Of a stretch of DNA of 64,000 nucleotides, positions 41,484 to 54,516 are shown piece after piece. A program made the position numbers and the translations under genes. This DNA is from Atractiella rhizophila. Lineage: Eukaryota. Below the pieces are notes generated by a model. That model was not told where the DNA came from, searched no databases, and saw only the letters and a program-made list of their open reading frames with translations. Position 1 is the stretch's first letter; each line of letters opens with the position of its first letter. The stretch covers positions 19,445-83,444 of the forward strand of contig MU271180.1 of assembly GCA_021432655.1 (NCBI GenBank), read 5' to 3'.

Positions 41484-42052
41484 CCCGTTTGAACACATAT
41501 CTAGCAGGCTTGGATTGCAATAGTAGCATGGCTAACCGCCGCCCTCCAAGTGGAATGAAATCCAGCAGAAATACAACTTGCTAAACCGCAAGCTCTAATT
41601 TGCCCCTGACCTAGAAACTGCCACGACATCCTCAGAAGATCACCTGGAAATCGTGAGGTGAAGAACTAGACTGTCACGGATTCGATTCTGTAAGGATTAT
41701 TTAATCATTAGTCCCCCATCCACCCTCAAATCAGCAAATGAAGCGTGACAGATCCACCCATTCAAGGTTCAGGGGAATGTCGACGATTTCAGACTGAAAG
41801 CTCGTTACCCAGATTAAGAAACTAACGATGTCGCTATTCCGAAACTCGTGGATCAGTGATTCCTGTGGCAAAGGCTAGGGCAAAACCTTAATTTCCGCCT
41901 TCTATGCGTTAAAGTTTGGAGGGACAGAGGGACAGTCAGAGGGACATTTAGCGCCAAAAATTTTTGAAAAATTTTATATCCGTGAGTTCCGGTAAACTCC
42001 ACCCATCTGTGAAAGGTTGAAAAGTGCGCCGTACTCCTGAGCCATATCACCC

Positions 42053-44376
42053 TCAGCTGCCTGAATGCATTTGGTTGTTGGGGAACCGGAAACCAGCACA
42101 ACGCGGTCTTGAGGAAGGCGAAAAGAATTCTGTTACTGAGATTACAGAACTGATTGAGGTGACCGTGCGTACTGAGGCTGAAGAAGGAGGAAGGGATGGA
42201 GTGATCGAGATATGCGAATTGGAGACGAGTGTATTCGACGTATCATGTCGATCACCGGTGCTCCTGTTCGCTCTCTTAGCTGATGCGCAAACTCGTAGAT
42301 TCTGTGGGAAGACAACATACCTGCTATCTCTGGCAGTAATCTGTTTGCACGCATAACTGAACTGGCGGTGCTTAGCGAGATGTCCCTTCTTCACCATGGC
42401 ACCACAAATCGAGCAGGCTTCTTGATCCTACGACTGTCTATTAGCTTCCATTGCACCAATTAGAGGAAGGCACAAACCTCGCTTGGATGTAGAGAATGGG
42501 CTCGAGCTCGTTGCCGCCTCTTGCGCTCTCTCTCGTAAGAGGCGGACCGCGTATTCTTGCTCCGCTCATCATCGTCTAATCTTCTCTTTCTCCCTCTATT
42601 TTGTAGGCCGATGCTTTCCACTTCGGTTCCACCTCCTCTCCTCCCTACCGCCACTTGCATTCCCCCACTCCCTTTACGACGACTAACTTCAACAGACCTA
42701 ACTTTCCCCCTACTTTCCGCACGATCTTGATGCCTATCTGTCCTCTCTCCGCAAGTCCCAACCTCCACCGGCATCTGTTCATCTTCTGGGTAACTTCCTT
42801 CTGCCCTCGCAATGTCCTCCTCTACCTCCATTTCCTCGTTTTCAGCCTCCGGATGCGTCGCGTTGCAACGTCCATTGGCGCCGCCTTGCTGCCTTTGCGG
42901 AAGAGGAGCAATAGCTCCGAAAGACGATGGGGTCCCCTCAGATTCGTCATATCGGATGGTGACCGTAGTTTGACAGATGAGCTGGGGGTGGCTGACAGCA
43001 TATGGATAAAAAGAGATTGTTGGGATGGTTGGCGTTGATGGTTTGCGTTGAGTCTGACGAGAAGGGCTCGATGGAGAGCCGAGAGGAGGAGCAGGTGAGG
43101 AGGGTCGTGCGGTCCTGTGGGAGGGACCACGAGAGTGATGTTGTTGAAGCGCAAGTCCAGTCGTTTGCTGAAGGTTGCTGTTCTCGTCATTGGCACCGTG
43201 GTTGAGGTGAGTAACAGAGCTGGAACCGGGAGAGAGATTTGGCAAAACATTTGACAAGAATGAAGGGGATGTAGCCGCATGTTTATCAACAGAAAGGTTA
43301 TCCACACTATCCACATTCCGTATGAAGGATACCCTAGAAATTGGAGATCAGAGGGGCAACTGCCCCAAGATGTTTAGAAGCCTGAGTTGTGCGGCAATGC
43401 TGAGCGAGGGTACGATATCGCGATGGAGAGGGAAACAGAGGATGATAGATTGAATGAATTTGCGAACGGGAGAGTGGAAGGCGTCGGGGGATGTGTGGAG
43501 GCGCGTAAACGACTACAGAGGCGTCACTTAATTGTCTCATCTCGTACACAACCAGTGAAACTGGGAAGGAAATGCCTTACAATTCCTCAGCACCGTCACT
43601 CAGACCCACGCTGGAGTTGAAGCGTGCCCCTCTCAGCCCTTAAGACTTCCTGGCACGCCGTACAGCTGTTGTGACTTTCAATCCCTCTCACTGAAGCTGA
43701 TTGTGACCTGTTATACTGAAGACTGGTGGGTTGAATGCTTCTCGTTGGTTGATAACTGGGTTGATAAAATGTGCTGAGCTCGACGTTGACTTTCTGTTGT
43801 ACGCTGACTTGTTCACAAGAAGTTCACAATTCTTTCACCGCTATTTCACTGTGGGACAAACTTTCAGCCGCATTTCTTGGTATGTCCCTCCAGAACTGTG
43901 TTTTGTCGGAAATTTTGAGTTTGTCCTCCCCTTGGAAATGGTTGTACTAAATGATAACCCCCTGTCAAAAGTCCTTTCCGACATTTTCCCTTATTCCTAG
44001 CTTTTCGCGGCAAATTCAGACAAAGTTCCCGCATTTTCCTGCATGCACATAGTCCGATAACTGTGAAGAAATATTTTCTCATGCTGAGCTGGAAATTGAT
44101 GGAATTTCCTTCCTGTTGTTTCCTTTCAATGTCGTACTACGTCACAGACGACGCGCAGAACTCTGATTTTTCAGTTCTCAGTCACTTTCTCGAGTTCTCG
44201 AGGATATTCAAGAAGCAGTCACCGTCAATTGCGATCAGCGCAAAACCTAGGGTGCAGAAGAGGTGCTTTACAATTCTTTCTGGTTTGTTGTCTCTTCTAT
44301 TCACGATGTGAAATGGACTGCTAACCAACACGCTTCTAGTGGCAGCTTCCAGCAAAGCGATCGCGCGGCTTTTCAT
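42053..44376 (-). CDS. Possible CACTA accessory gene, low-complexity product
   Basis: 284-aa Ser/Pro/Glu/Arg-rich ORF 42460-43314 plus flanking exon-like ORFs, co-oriented and just downstream of the transposase; no recognisable domain. Confidence 0.35.
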
Positions 44377-44868
44377 GACATAGTATAGTCCCTAACAACT
44401 TGATGACACATTCCCTCTACCATCTTCCTCCTCTTGGCCAATCTCCGCAAGGTCTCCCTGTCTGTCAGTCTATAAGGCTTGTTAACTCCACCTCCACCTT
44501 AGCTTTCCAGCAAAGTCAGCCCATCAATCCGACCCCTCGTATCAACCGAATGAAGGACAGCTTTACTGCCCATCTGATGGTTCCAAGGTGTACGTGTGAA
44601 TGGCAATCAAACGAAATTTGCATGTGCATGCTGATTCATTACTTAACAGGTTCTTTGGCTACCGGTCAGTGTCACATACTACCGTAAGAACAACCTTGCA
44701 TAGGAAAGCCCCGGTCAGTCTCCCTCTTGTGTCTAATGCTGCACTAAAGTATTTACTCCAAGAGTCACATTGTATGGTGGAATGGAGTGGAAGATGAATG
44801 ACTTCTCGACGGTACATGATCAGAACTTATGTTATTATCAGCAGGCCACGAACTTGTGGATGATAAAA

Positions 44869-47800
44869 TTAATCACTTTCTACATCCAAACCTAGTTTAT
44901 GCACAATGAACCAATCCTCAAACCATGGTCTGGGAACCACCGCAACCATTTCAGTAATGTTATGAACAGGAATCACAACAAGTACACCTGCCGGTGCAGG
45001 CTTACAAGTCACCACAACACCGTAACGATCACGGCTCTCATACTCTTGGAATGGTCGAACTAGAGCAAGATGGTGGGTAACTGAGGCCGTGGTCAGTTCC
45101 AAGAAGTAACTGACCTCACCATATTCAACTTCCATTTTTGAGGTAGGGGAGCTGCGTCGTGTATACATGATGTTCCGACTGATGCGAACCTCATTCTGAG
45201 GGCGTTGCAGTTCCTTCCATCAAGTACGCACTCGCTCCCCATTTGGCAGTTGAAGACGTGCCCATTTTGTAAAGTTACCATTCCATGCCGACAGCTCCAC
45301 TTCAGTGTGAAGCTGTCGCAGATAATTCAAAGTGACATCCCTCTCAGGTCCATCGGTAAAGACCGCAGGTTCAGAGGCACGTAACAATGCAAAGGAACCG
45401 CCTAATTCGAGAGCGCCTTTAGGGAGTGTACGGAGCATTCGTTTCTCCATGAGTGTGGTGTCAATGGAGCGTAACGCTTGACACTGTGCTTGCTGAATAC
45501 ACTGCTTTGAAAGGTTCTGGTAAGGCTTTGATGGTTGACGTATTCTTGAGCCCAAAATGCCGATAGTTCGCTCGAGAGTCCACTGAGTGACGTAGATAAA
45601 TGGTCCAACTCGACGAGTTTGAGCCGCAAGATGCAAAAACTTGTGCAGGGACATTCGACAGAAATTGACACGATGGATGTCCTTTTGATAATACAGCTGT
45701 TCAAACTCTTTAACATATTCAATAATTAGTCCCTCAGCTAAGTCCAGCTCCCTTCGAGAGATTCGACGCTTTCGCAGAATTCGAATGCAGTAAACGATTT
45801 TGACGTAGTGTGAGTAGAACGGTTCAGGAATGTACCCTTCGAGCAATCCTGGTCCAAGTCCATAGAAATAAGTCTCCCACTCCTTCGCCTTATAATCAGA
45901 GTACTTGATATCAATGTTCCGAAGAAATTTGTCCCATGACGAAGGGATGTGTGTGCGAGTATTCGCACCTTCAATACCGTGCTGTTGCCAAGCTTCGCCC
46001 AAAAGAACCTCCCATTCCTGTCGATCTTCTGGCAGGATAGATGATTGAAAAGATGCGTCCTTTCCACGTTTGCGTTTGCCTGTTTTCGCTCTTATCATGT
46101 TGGACGGATGAATCATGCCTCGCCAGAGACCCAGCATCAATTCAGGAAAATTGAGATTTGGGTGATGCATTCCATCAACAATGAAACAGAAAGGAGGACC
46201 GTCACCAAACGTGGGTATTTCGGCGAAAGGTGTATCACGGACAATGCCATATTTTCGCTGGAGGGCTGCTGCTTTTCGAAGTCGACCAGCACGGCGCGCT
46301 GCCTGAAGTTGTTCCAAATGGGTTCGATATTCCTGGGCAGTTTCGGTGGGAAGATTATGAGGAACATAATCTGGTCGCTCAACTTCAGACTCTTGATAGT
46401 TTGTCGGCCGGCTGAGAGGATGATAGTAGATTGAATGTCCAGGCTCATGTACTCCGATTAAGGCACAGCCGTTAATATGACAGCCTCGACGACCTGTATG
46501 GCCAACTTCTCCCGCCATCTCACTAGCACAGATGGTATCGAAAAGTCCAAGTGCGATAAAAGGACGGGAACGGAACCAGATATTACACTCAGAGTCGTGG
46601 ATAGGAAAACCACTGATAGACAGCTTTTTGACACGTTGGAAAATTGGATAAAGAAAGGAATTCTGGTCCCAAGGTTTGTTCAGTCCTGGAATAATTGCGA
46701 TAGGAATAACATATTGCTGTTTGTAGCGGATCTCTGGTGGAAGGTTGTAGTCGATCATGACGATAAATATTGCATCTGAAGGTTTTTTGTTATTGAACAC
46801 CTGAGCACCATCGAGCGAGAAGGCGAGCAGTGTGTCAGAAGGGAGAATCTTTTTCTTGTGTACCAGCTTCAAGTAATCTGAACCACAATAAATATCGTCA
46901 AACTCGTCTGGAACCATTCCTGGTAATGGATATTTCGTAAGCAGAGCTTTTGTCCGTCTCGCTCGATGTTTCGAAGCAGAAGATCCTTGAGGTGTTGCCC
47001 AACGTGCCTGAAGAGGAGTCTCAAAAGGAACAAGGAAGAACTGTTGCTGGGAAACATCCTTAGTTCGTCCACTTCGCATAGTCTTTTGTCGATAGCGAGG
47101 AAGATGGCATTTAGGGCACTCTTGAAGATCAGATCGACTACCGGTATAAGCAATGCAGGTGTTTGGACACATATCGAAAGCGCTATAGCACTCCGTCTAG
47201 AACCACCCTAACTACCTATACTCCTCCTCCTCCTTCCTCTCTACCGCTCATTGTCGCTTCCACTCCTCCTCGTTCTAAGGATACGTGCGTGCAAGTTATC
47301 TCCTTGGTCGTATTCCTAAACTGACTTTCTATGGAAACGGATTTAGGAGACAATCCGACAAGTAAGGTGACTACGAGGGTGATGTCGAGGGCTTCCACTT
47401 GTCCTGGGATAACTCCGGTAAGAACGACTCCACCTCGCCCAGCTTAACGCTTCGGAACATGCACTACCGAAACGTGCTGGTTGACAACCTTTACTTCCTC
47501 TCCTTCTTGGATTCCTGCTGAATAGCCTTTTTTCTGAGTTGTCTAGATCTTCTCCTGCTGAGAAGTCTACCTCTCCTCCTTTGACCGGACCGTCCTCAGC
47601 CTCTCTACCTACTCGCACCCGGCTAGTTGACTTATTTTAGAACTTCAAACGACTAATAAGGCCTTGTCACCTACTATACCAAAGATTGGAGAACGACTCA
47701 CTGCTCGTCGAACATGCGGAAAACGTGCTCGTCTTTCACCAAGTCCTTCGACTCACAACTCAAGTGCTGCAATTTCTGCTTCTTTTCATGCCTATATGTG

Positions 47801-47976
47801 GAAATAGAGCACTTGTTTAGTATAGGGAGCTCGAAAAGTACTACACGGTACCAGCACGACGACCTACGGAAATACTGCTAGACACAGAGACCTAGCTCCT
47901 AGCTAAAGTTTGAGGATGGGAGAGAGAACTGGTTTAGTTCGCGGAACAATCCTTAGTTTCGGCATAGTAAGGACTT
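44869..47976 (-). mobile_element. CACTA/EnSpm (Tnp2/Transposase_21-type) transposase, copy 1; one premature stop; N-terminus lies in the mirrored block 47182-47976
   Basis: MCPNTCIAYTG..CPKC..PRY, FSLDGAQVF, YNLPPEIRY, IIPG..KP, VDGMH, YKAKEW, HKFLHLA..RRVGP, QWTLERTIG; TGA at 45220-45222 is in frame with 44869-45168. Confidence 0.88.
47182..47976. other. Mirrored block 1 (reversed, not complemented)
   Basis: Read backwards without complementing it matches about 59026-59819 and continues ...GAAAGC|TTCAGGAATGATACGG in frame. Confidence 0.96.
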
Positions 47977-48001
47977 NNNNNNNNNNNNNNNNNNNNNNNN
48001 N
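47977..48001. other. Assembly gap, 25 N
   Basis: Run of 25 N. Confidence 1.
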
Positions 48002-51000
48002 CCAGTTTTTGAGACGGAATGACGGTGACACCTGATGTTCTTACCTTCGTACCGACCCTATGAACTACCCTTGTGGGAAGGACGAGGTCTTAAACGACCC
48101 TTTACGAAGATGTGACGGGTACCTACGAAGAGATACCGTGTCTTCTGAACCTGTAGAATTAATACTCCTGTAGTTCGCAGACTTCTCCTTCCTTGAACAC
48201 TTACCCTACTAAAACCTGGACCTCCTACTAGGTCTGGGATAAACACTCGGTACGGATCGACCCTTCGTCGTGTCCCAGAAGTTGTTCAGTCGTTGCTGAT
48301 CCCTCTTCCTCTATAACCCATCTTAGTCGAGTCTGGATGTACCTGGAGAAGGTCAGTGAAGGTCTCTTCCCATAGCTATAACCCAGTGGAAGTAGCTGCT
48401 TCGTTGTTTAGTAACGTGTTAACGGAAGGAGTTCTTCTTTAGTCTCCGGGGTCTTGAGAAGTTCTGGAAGTTCTTAACCCATCTCTTACAGTGACCCTTC
48501 TTCTAGTTCTTCAAATCTCTCCTGTTCCTTCCGCGAATAAGGAGATTCCTTAAGCTAGTTATGGAATTCCGGACACCATAGGTCGCACTTGTCTGCTAGT
48601 CCTTGAGAGGAGTGGTCTTGCCGTCTCGTCTTGCTCGGTTATCCTGCTAAGTCCTCTGATACCAGCGGTACAAACTTCTTAGACCCGAAGGCGAGAAAGA
48701 GACCGGTAGATAGCGAAGTCGCCAGCAGGTGTAAGCGTTGTCTAGAGGGAGTCGAAGCTAGTTGGTACGATAAGGGGTGTGCTTTGAGTGACCTGAATGA
48801 GGTTGGTAGAGTTCTAAGTCTTAGTAACCTACGTGACGGATGCAAGTTCAAGTCTTCCTACTTTCCGGTGTGTCGAATCCTAGAGTATGAGCTTTTACGC
48901 GTAAATATCCGATAAGGGAACGTCGCTTTCCCACCCTCAAGACCCTAGGACAACGTTTCTTCCAGATGCAAGCTCTACAACGGTCTAAACTACTCTCTCT
49001 CTACGAGACGTTCCAGTCCTTCCTCTTCTAATGCAACCTTCTCGGTGTCCCTGGTGAACTACTCACCTTCCTCGCAGTCCTAGTCCACCCTCTACCTGTC
49101 TTATTACGAGGTCGGCGAGGAGGTCGGTCCTAAAGCGATCTGCTGCTACTGCTTCTTCTTCTACCTACCTAAGTTGTCGGTCCTCGTGGAGGATGTGGAG
49201 TCCTTGTTGGGTCCGGCGAACCTTATGTCAGAGGTTTATCTAAAGTCGGGGAAGTCCAGCTTCTTCTTCTTCTTCTTCTTCTTTCTCTCGGCAGAGGTCT
49301 GGGTGATGTCGAAGACGGACTTGCGGGATCCTGTGGGTGGAGCAGTCATGTGGTACGTCTCTCTAGGAACCTGTCCTCAAGTGTACGGATCTAAGAGTCT
49401 CAGAGGTCTAGGTGAGGTCTAGGCGGGTTGTTGTGGTCTAGCTGGAGGAGGTCGTCGAAGCTGTGGAGGGGGACAGTGGTCCGGAAGTTCTTAAATAAGA
49501 TGCTCATCTCCTGCTGGACATCTGTCTAAATCCTGGGGTCTTCGCGGAGTTTTGTTACTGCTTCCCAGTTGTCTGCTCGAACCCTACAACCATTTCCTTA
49601 CACTGTAGGAGTGACTCGGTCTCCGCTACCTTATACCGATATACGAACAGTGTCTCGTACGGTACTCACGTCGTTGTCCTCATCTCCAGGGAGTCAGTAT
49701 AAGTTCTCGCTACCGTTCGGGATTACGCTTCCTTACCGTACTTCGCTGTCACTTCCTCTAAGTTAGGTGAACCTGTTGTTCTCAACCTAAGACCAGTTCG
49801 GCGGATTTCCTCGTTTTTAGCAACCAAGAGCTACCCACAAACGCCAATTCTTCTTCAGCCTACCAAGATAACTCGCGAAGTTCCGGTCTAAGCAGTAGTT
49901 CCCCAAGAGAGTTGCGGGACCTAAGCTGATGAAACTGTGAAAGCGTAGATGCCAGTTTACCCGCTGTGAATCCTGCTAAGAAAGCGAGCGAACACAGAAC
50001 CTGTACCTCAACCTCAGTCACCTATAGAGATGCCGTAAGGAGTTGCCGCTATACCTACGTCTCCAGATACGTGTTGTTGGTCTTCCAGTAGGTGTCCCAG
50101 GAGGTCTCATGCAAGAGTTCGATTAGTTCCGGTAGATACCGTGTTCCGTTCCTCCTGCAGTTACCGTCTTCTTTGAGCTATTCCTTGAACAGCTATACCC
50201 TAAATTCTTCTAGTTCTCGCTGAGATCAGACACCTAAATGAGCTTCCCCCTGTAGTTTCATGAACAGGGTCAGAAACACCTACTATAATGCTAGCGATCG
50301 TGTAGTTTCCCACGACATCTCCTGAAGTTCTCCCTCAACCCCTTCGCTAAGTTTGAGTCTCTGGAACCTGGTTGCCTTAAGGATGAACCCCAAGCATAAT
50401 CCTCCCTATCTTTCGCTTCTTACTACACCAACCTAGTTCTTGTCATACAATTCCTGGAGGATCTTGCGGTTGTCTACCTGTTAACGTTGGGACAGGAGTG
50501 AGGAGAGTTGCAACCTGTGCCAGAGTCGTTCGTCCTGACGGGAGTCTGTTTCCTTCTTGTTCTTCTTTACGCGTGTTAGGGAATGTCGTTGCAACAACCG
50601 AGGTACTACATGAACCGGTAGAGGTGAGCAGGTCTATAGCGAGTACGTCAGAGACAGGAGCCTTTTATGGAGAGATTGGGTCCTTTCTTCGTGACCCTTC
50701 GCCGGTTCGTAGAAGATGCTATGGAGTTTCCGTGAGTCTTGAATCCTTAGCTCATAAGACGTTGACCAAAACTGGAGTTCGTTGGAAAAGTGCGGAAGAC
50801 GCTACGTCTAAAACGACCCACGTTCCTATGACCTGCAAGATGCCCTCCGATAGAGGAGTTCTATCCGTTGCCCCGTCAGTCAACCTCGTCGTTTGATGTT
50901 AGGGAGCAACGGGAAAGATGATGGCTTCGTCTTATACAGAGTCCTCAGAGTCGTCCAGTTCTTCAACAGACCGATTCCTTAGAAAATCTTCTTTAACCGA

Positions 51001-51669
51001 AGCGAGGAGTTCCAGGATGAGGGGAGAAGTGTCTGTCGTCGTCGCGAGAGGTCCATAGGTTCTTGGGACTCGTGGTACCAGCTTACTTTGTGGACCTGGA
51101 AGCGAAAATAACCGAGTCCCTACAACAACTCTACCCGTTCTAGTCAGGTCAGAAGACAGGTCCACAGTTATACGGTCGTCTGGAGGAGTGGTTCCGTGAA
51201 GGTCATCGGTCGCACCTGTTCAAAGCTCAATACTACCCAAACGCGGGGATGGGTTCACAGACTCCGTCAATACCCCGCGTTATTTTAAGGAAAGGAGGAG
51301 ACACCCCAATATTCTGCGGCGAAATTCGCCACGCTCTTGAAAAGGAGAAGAAAAGTAACGTTTTGATTATACGAAAGACGAAATATAGCTCATATGTAAC
51401 ACACACTTAAGCCACCCTCTCAGAGACCTAAACCACCCTCGTAGTTCTCTGTCGACGGGTCCACCCTCACAATCAACATCACACAACAAAACCAGTAGAC
51501 GGGAGAATACTGAGAATACTGAGCATACTCAGTAGTGATACATCAAATCAAGACGGATCCTCACAACCACGAGTAATAACTGGTGGTTGGTGAGGATCCA
51601 TACCGAGAGATATGAAGAGATTACACGAATAATAACTGGTGGTTGGTGAGGATTGGAATCTAGGAATGT
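48002..51669. mobile_element. Copia element A, 3' part (integrase, RT, RNase H, PPT, 3' LTR 51469-51669), mirrored; true orientation minus
   Basis: Complement reading: LWHRRLGHLN, CEPCLAGKQHR, SDLHGPLP, GSRWVFAVKKKSDGSIERFKARFVIKGFSQ, VFVDDI, stop at 51261-51263, GGTGGGAG then TGTTAG...CCTTACA. Confidence 0.93.
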
Positions 51670-54516
51670 ATCGCAACCATCTCATTGGATATTTCCGTGT
51701 AGACGCACATACCCTACGGTCTGACATGGCAGAAAGAAGGAAGACTTGAACCTGTATCCGTCACCTCGGATCCTGAGACTTTGCACTTTATAGCTGGTTA
51801 ACAGGACAATTAAAACACATCCCTTACCTCACTAACTACCTCCTTCTCCCCCTAGACAAGGACTACACTTGTTGTCGGCTTCGTTCTACTCCGGTCTCCT
51901 TATCACCGTTTGGTCTAAGGAGGTCATAGCGGTGGTATGGGAGGACTTAGCAGGATAAACGAGAGAGACGAAAGGGTAAAACTACCCTCTCAAGGATTAG
52001 CAAACGAGTGCGACCTATGGTGTTAAAGCTTCCATAAGTAACTTTAGACAACTCCTCATCCGCGGAAGAAACAGGAGGGACTTAGAGAACTAAAAGGAAG
52101 GTCAGTTCCAGAGGTAGTATCGAAACATGAGGAATTTCGCAACTCCACGAAGACTGAAGAAGGACTCTTTTCGTTAGCAGGTCACTGAACAACGGAGCAG
52201 ATATTTGCAGTGGGTTATCGCTTTAGGAAGAGAACTTCGTTGACCCTCGCCAGGTACTTCTAGACTCGACTAGGAGGGATTTAAAAGGGCAGAGGGATAA
52301 GAGACGTCGGAACAACATCTAGGATACGACGAAGGGTCGCTACGTCCCGAGTGTCTACCCCAGTCCTCGCAGAAGACTCAGGTCTTAGTAAGGAAAGTGC
52401 TCAGGAAAAGAAGTCGTAAGCGAAATGTAGAAGTACTAAGTTCACCCGTTCAGAGGACACGGTGTCCTTCGCAAATCTCCCCATCACCTCCGTACACGTT
52501 GCTTAAGACTCCAGTACTCGCAAGAAGGTAGCTACTACCGTGAGTACGAAGGAGAGGACACCAGTTGCCAGCGATTCTTCGTCTCTAAAGGTCGGAACTC
52601 CTTCGCATGAGACGAGGGTTACTACCAGTGTCAATGTGGAAGCTTCTAACACTCGAACTTTTGTCTATCCTCTAACGACGTGTTAAACCCCTGCACATCC
52701 TGTAACACTTACCACTGGAAGAAGCTGAAAAATAGAAGGTTAAAGCGGAGTTAGTGGTGAAGAGGATAGGGTTATCTGGTCTAGTGAAGAGGTAAGTGTT
52801 GAGACTACCCATGTTGCACAAAAACTATCCTAAACTTCTTCACCCTTACACCTCAGTAACTACTTCAACGAGGACATAGCTATTAGGTCAGTCAGGGTCG
52901 AAAGACCGCTGATTACCATAGTAGATGGCGACGTATTGACCAGAGAGGTCGCTTAAGACCGAAAAGGGGAAGCTGAAACCGAAGGAAGTGGCGAAGGTCG
53001 AACGGTATGAAGCTAGACATGAAGAGATTGAGCTAGGATAACGCAGGTCTTCGTCAAAGACCCGTCACCCTCTGCTTCACCGGGAAGGACACCGTCATCA
53101 ACGTGTGTCTAACGCTTTTTAGAGCTCAAGGAGGAGAAGGTGGTGGAGACGACGACCAAAATCGGTTAACGTGATTTTACTGGTCAGTAAGGGTTGTCAC
53201 GTCTAATTGGGAAATATGGGTTCCAAGTTGTGGGAAGGGATTAGACATGACAGACGTTGGTGAAAGAGACGGTGTTGGTAAAGGAAGGTAGTAAATATCA
53301 CCCCTTCTCGTGGGTGAGTTGTCGAAAATATCACCAAAACGGGGTGAGAGTGTTATACCGATTTCACGAGTCTGTCCCCAAGTTTGGGCCCATACGTCCC
53401 AGTCGAGAGCGATGGTACGACCAAAATCGGTTAACGTGATTTTACTGGTCAGTAAGGGTTGTCACGTCTAATTGGGAAATATGGGTTCCAAGTTGTAGAC
53501 GGTGGAGACCCTACGGTAGGAGGAGCAGGAGACAACGACGACCTACGGACTAAACGGTAAACTAACAACCTCTACCGAAGGAGACTCAGGAACCACCGAA
53601 CCTAGTTCATCTTACGAACAAACTAACTAACCTCCAGTCACCTACAGTAGTCCCAATTCAAGACCTGCTTTGATCGCATAAGACCCGGATTCCTCGCTTA
53701 CTCTCGCTTCCTAACCTCTAGAAGGAAGTTTAGTAGTTTCCTCATCAGGAACCTCTCGCACAACCACTTCAGATCTTCGTCGACCAGCGAAGACCGTGTG
53801 TCCCATTAGTCTCTAAGCGAAAGGAAGAAGACCTCCCGTTCCTCCCACAACTCCCGTCACTTTGCTCAACTCCTCGCGAAGACAACCACCTAAAGAACTT
53901 CCCATCTGGTCTAGAACTGACCTAGAACTTCCTGTCTCTGCTGTACCCGAAAGACCCAGCGAAGATCCGATTCCTTGTCCTAGGGTCGGCGAAACCTCGA
54001 CAGGAAAACGGTGACAAAAACGAGGAAGTTTAGAAGACCAAAACAGAGATGAAGTCTCTGATAGAGGGTATTGGGGAAAGCGTAGTTAAGACGGACGTAT
54101 AGTTACGTGGTCCACGGTATCAAGAAGAGAGGTTCCCCCCATTAGTTTTAAAATGAAAGAAGTCGGTACCACTATTTTAAGCTCAAACCTAGCAGGCTAG
54201 AAGCATCTTTACCCATCTATATCCGCATTCCCCCAGAACAAATACTAGGGTTTCAAAGTTTGGCTAACCTGTTGCCTACCGACTCACTAGTTTTAAAAGT
54301 TGGTTCACCCACCGTTTTGACTAGACAGTTAGGGATCGGTGGAGAGAGCGATGGTACTCTCTTAGACTACGACCTACCTCGATCCCCTGTCTCTAACCAC
54401 CAGTTTCTACTACTGGCGGATTTGACGGGGGATCCCCCGATTTTGAGGCTTTACTTCGTTTGTGTTGTTTCCACCGACTGGTGTGTTGTGTTCTGGTGTA
54501 TTGTGGATTAGGTTGT
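51670..54516. mobile_element. Copia element B2, 5' part (LTR 54356-54516, PBS, gag from 54168, protease, integrase), mirrored; true orientation plus
   Basis: Reverse reading: TGTTGGATTAGG...TCTCA, TGGTAGCGAGAG, NYGTWCIDMQAELMRKGLWEIV, DWIIDTGATSSMTPH, LWHRRLAHLN, CAFIGYS. Confidence 0.9.
53152..53496. mobile_element. TRIM-like non-autonomous LTR retroelement, 345 bp, mirrored, inserted in B2 gag
   Basis: Identical 80-bp terminal repeats 53152-53231 and 53417-53496 (TG...CA when un-mirrored), PBS TGGTAGCGAGAGC, PPT AGGGAAGGG, 5-bp TSD (AGACG as written on both sides). Confidence 0.92.

Noticed and set aside
49259..49282. (CTT)n microsatellite
   Set aside because: It is the mirrored (GAA)n poly-Glu linker inside Copia pol, not an independent feature.
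53152..53496. Direct repeats with a spacer as a CRISPR-like array
   Set aside because: Only two 80-bp repeats, eukaryotic context, and fully explained by LTR/PBS/PPT/TSD structure.
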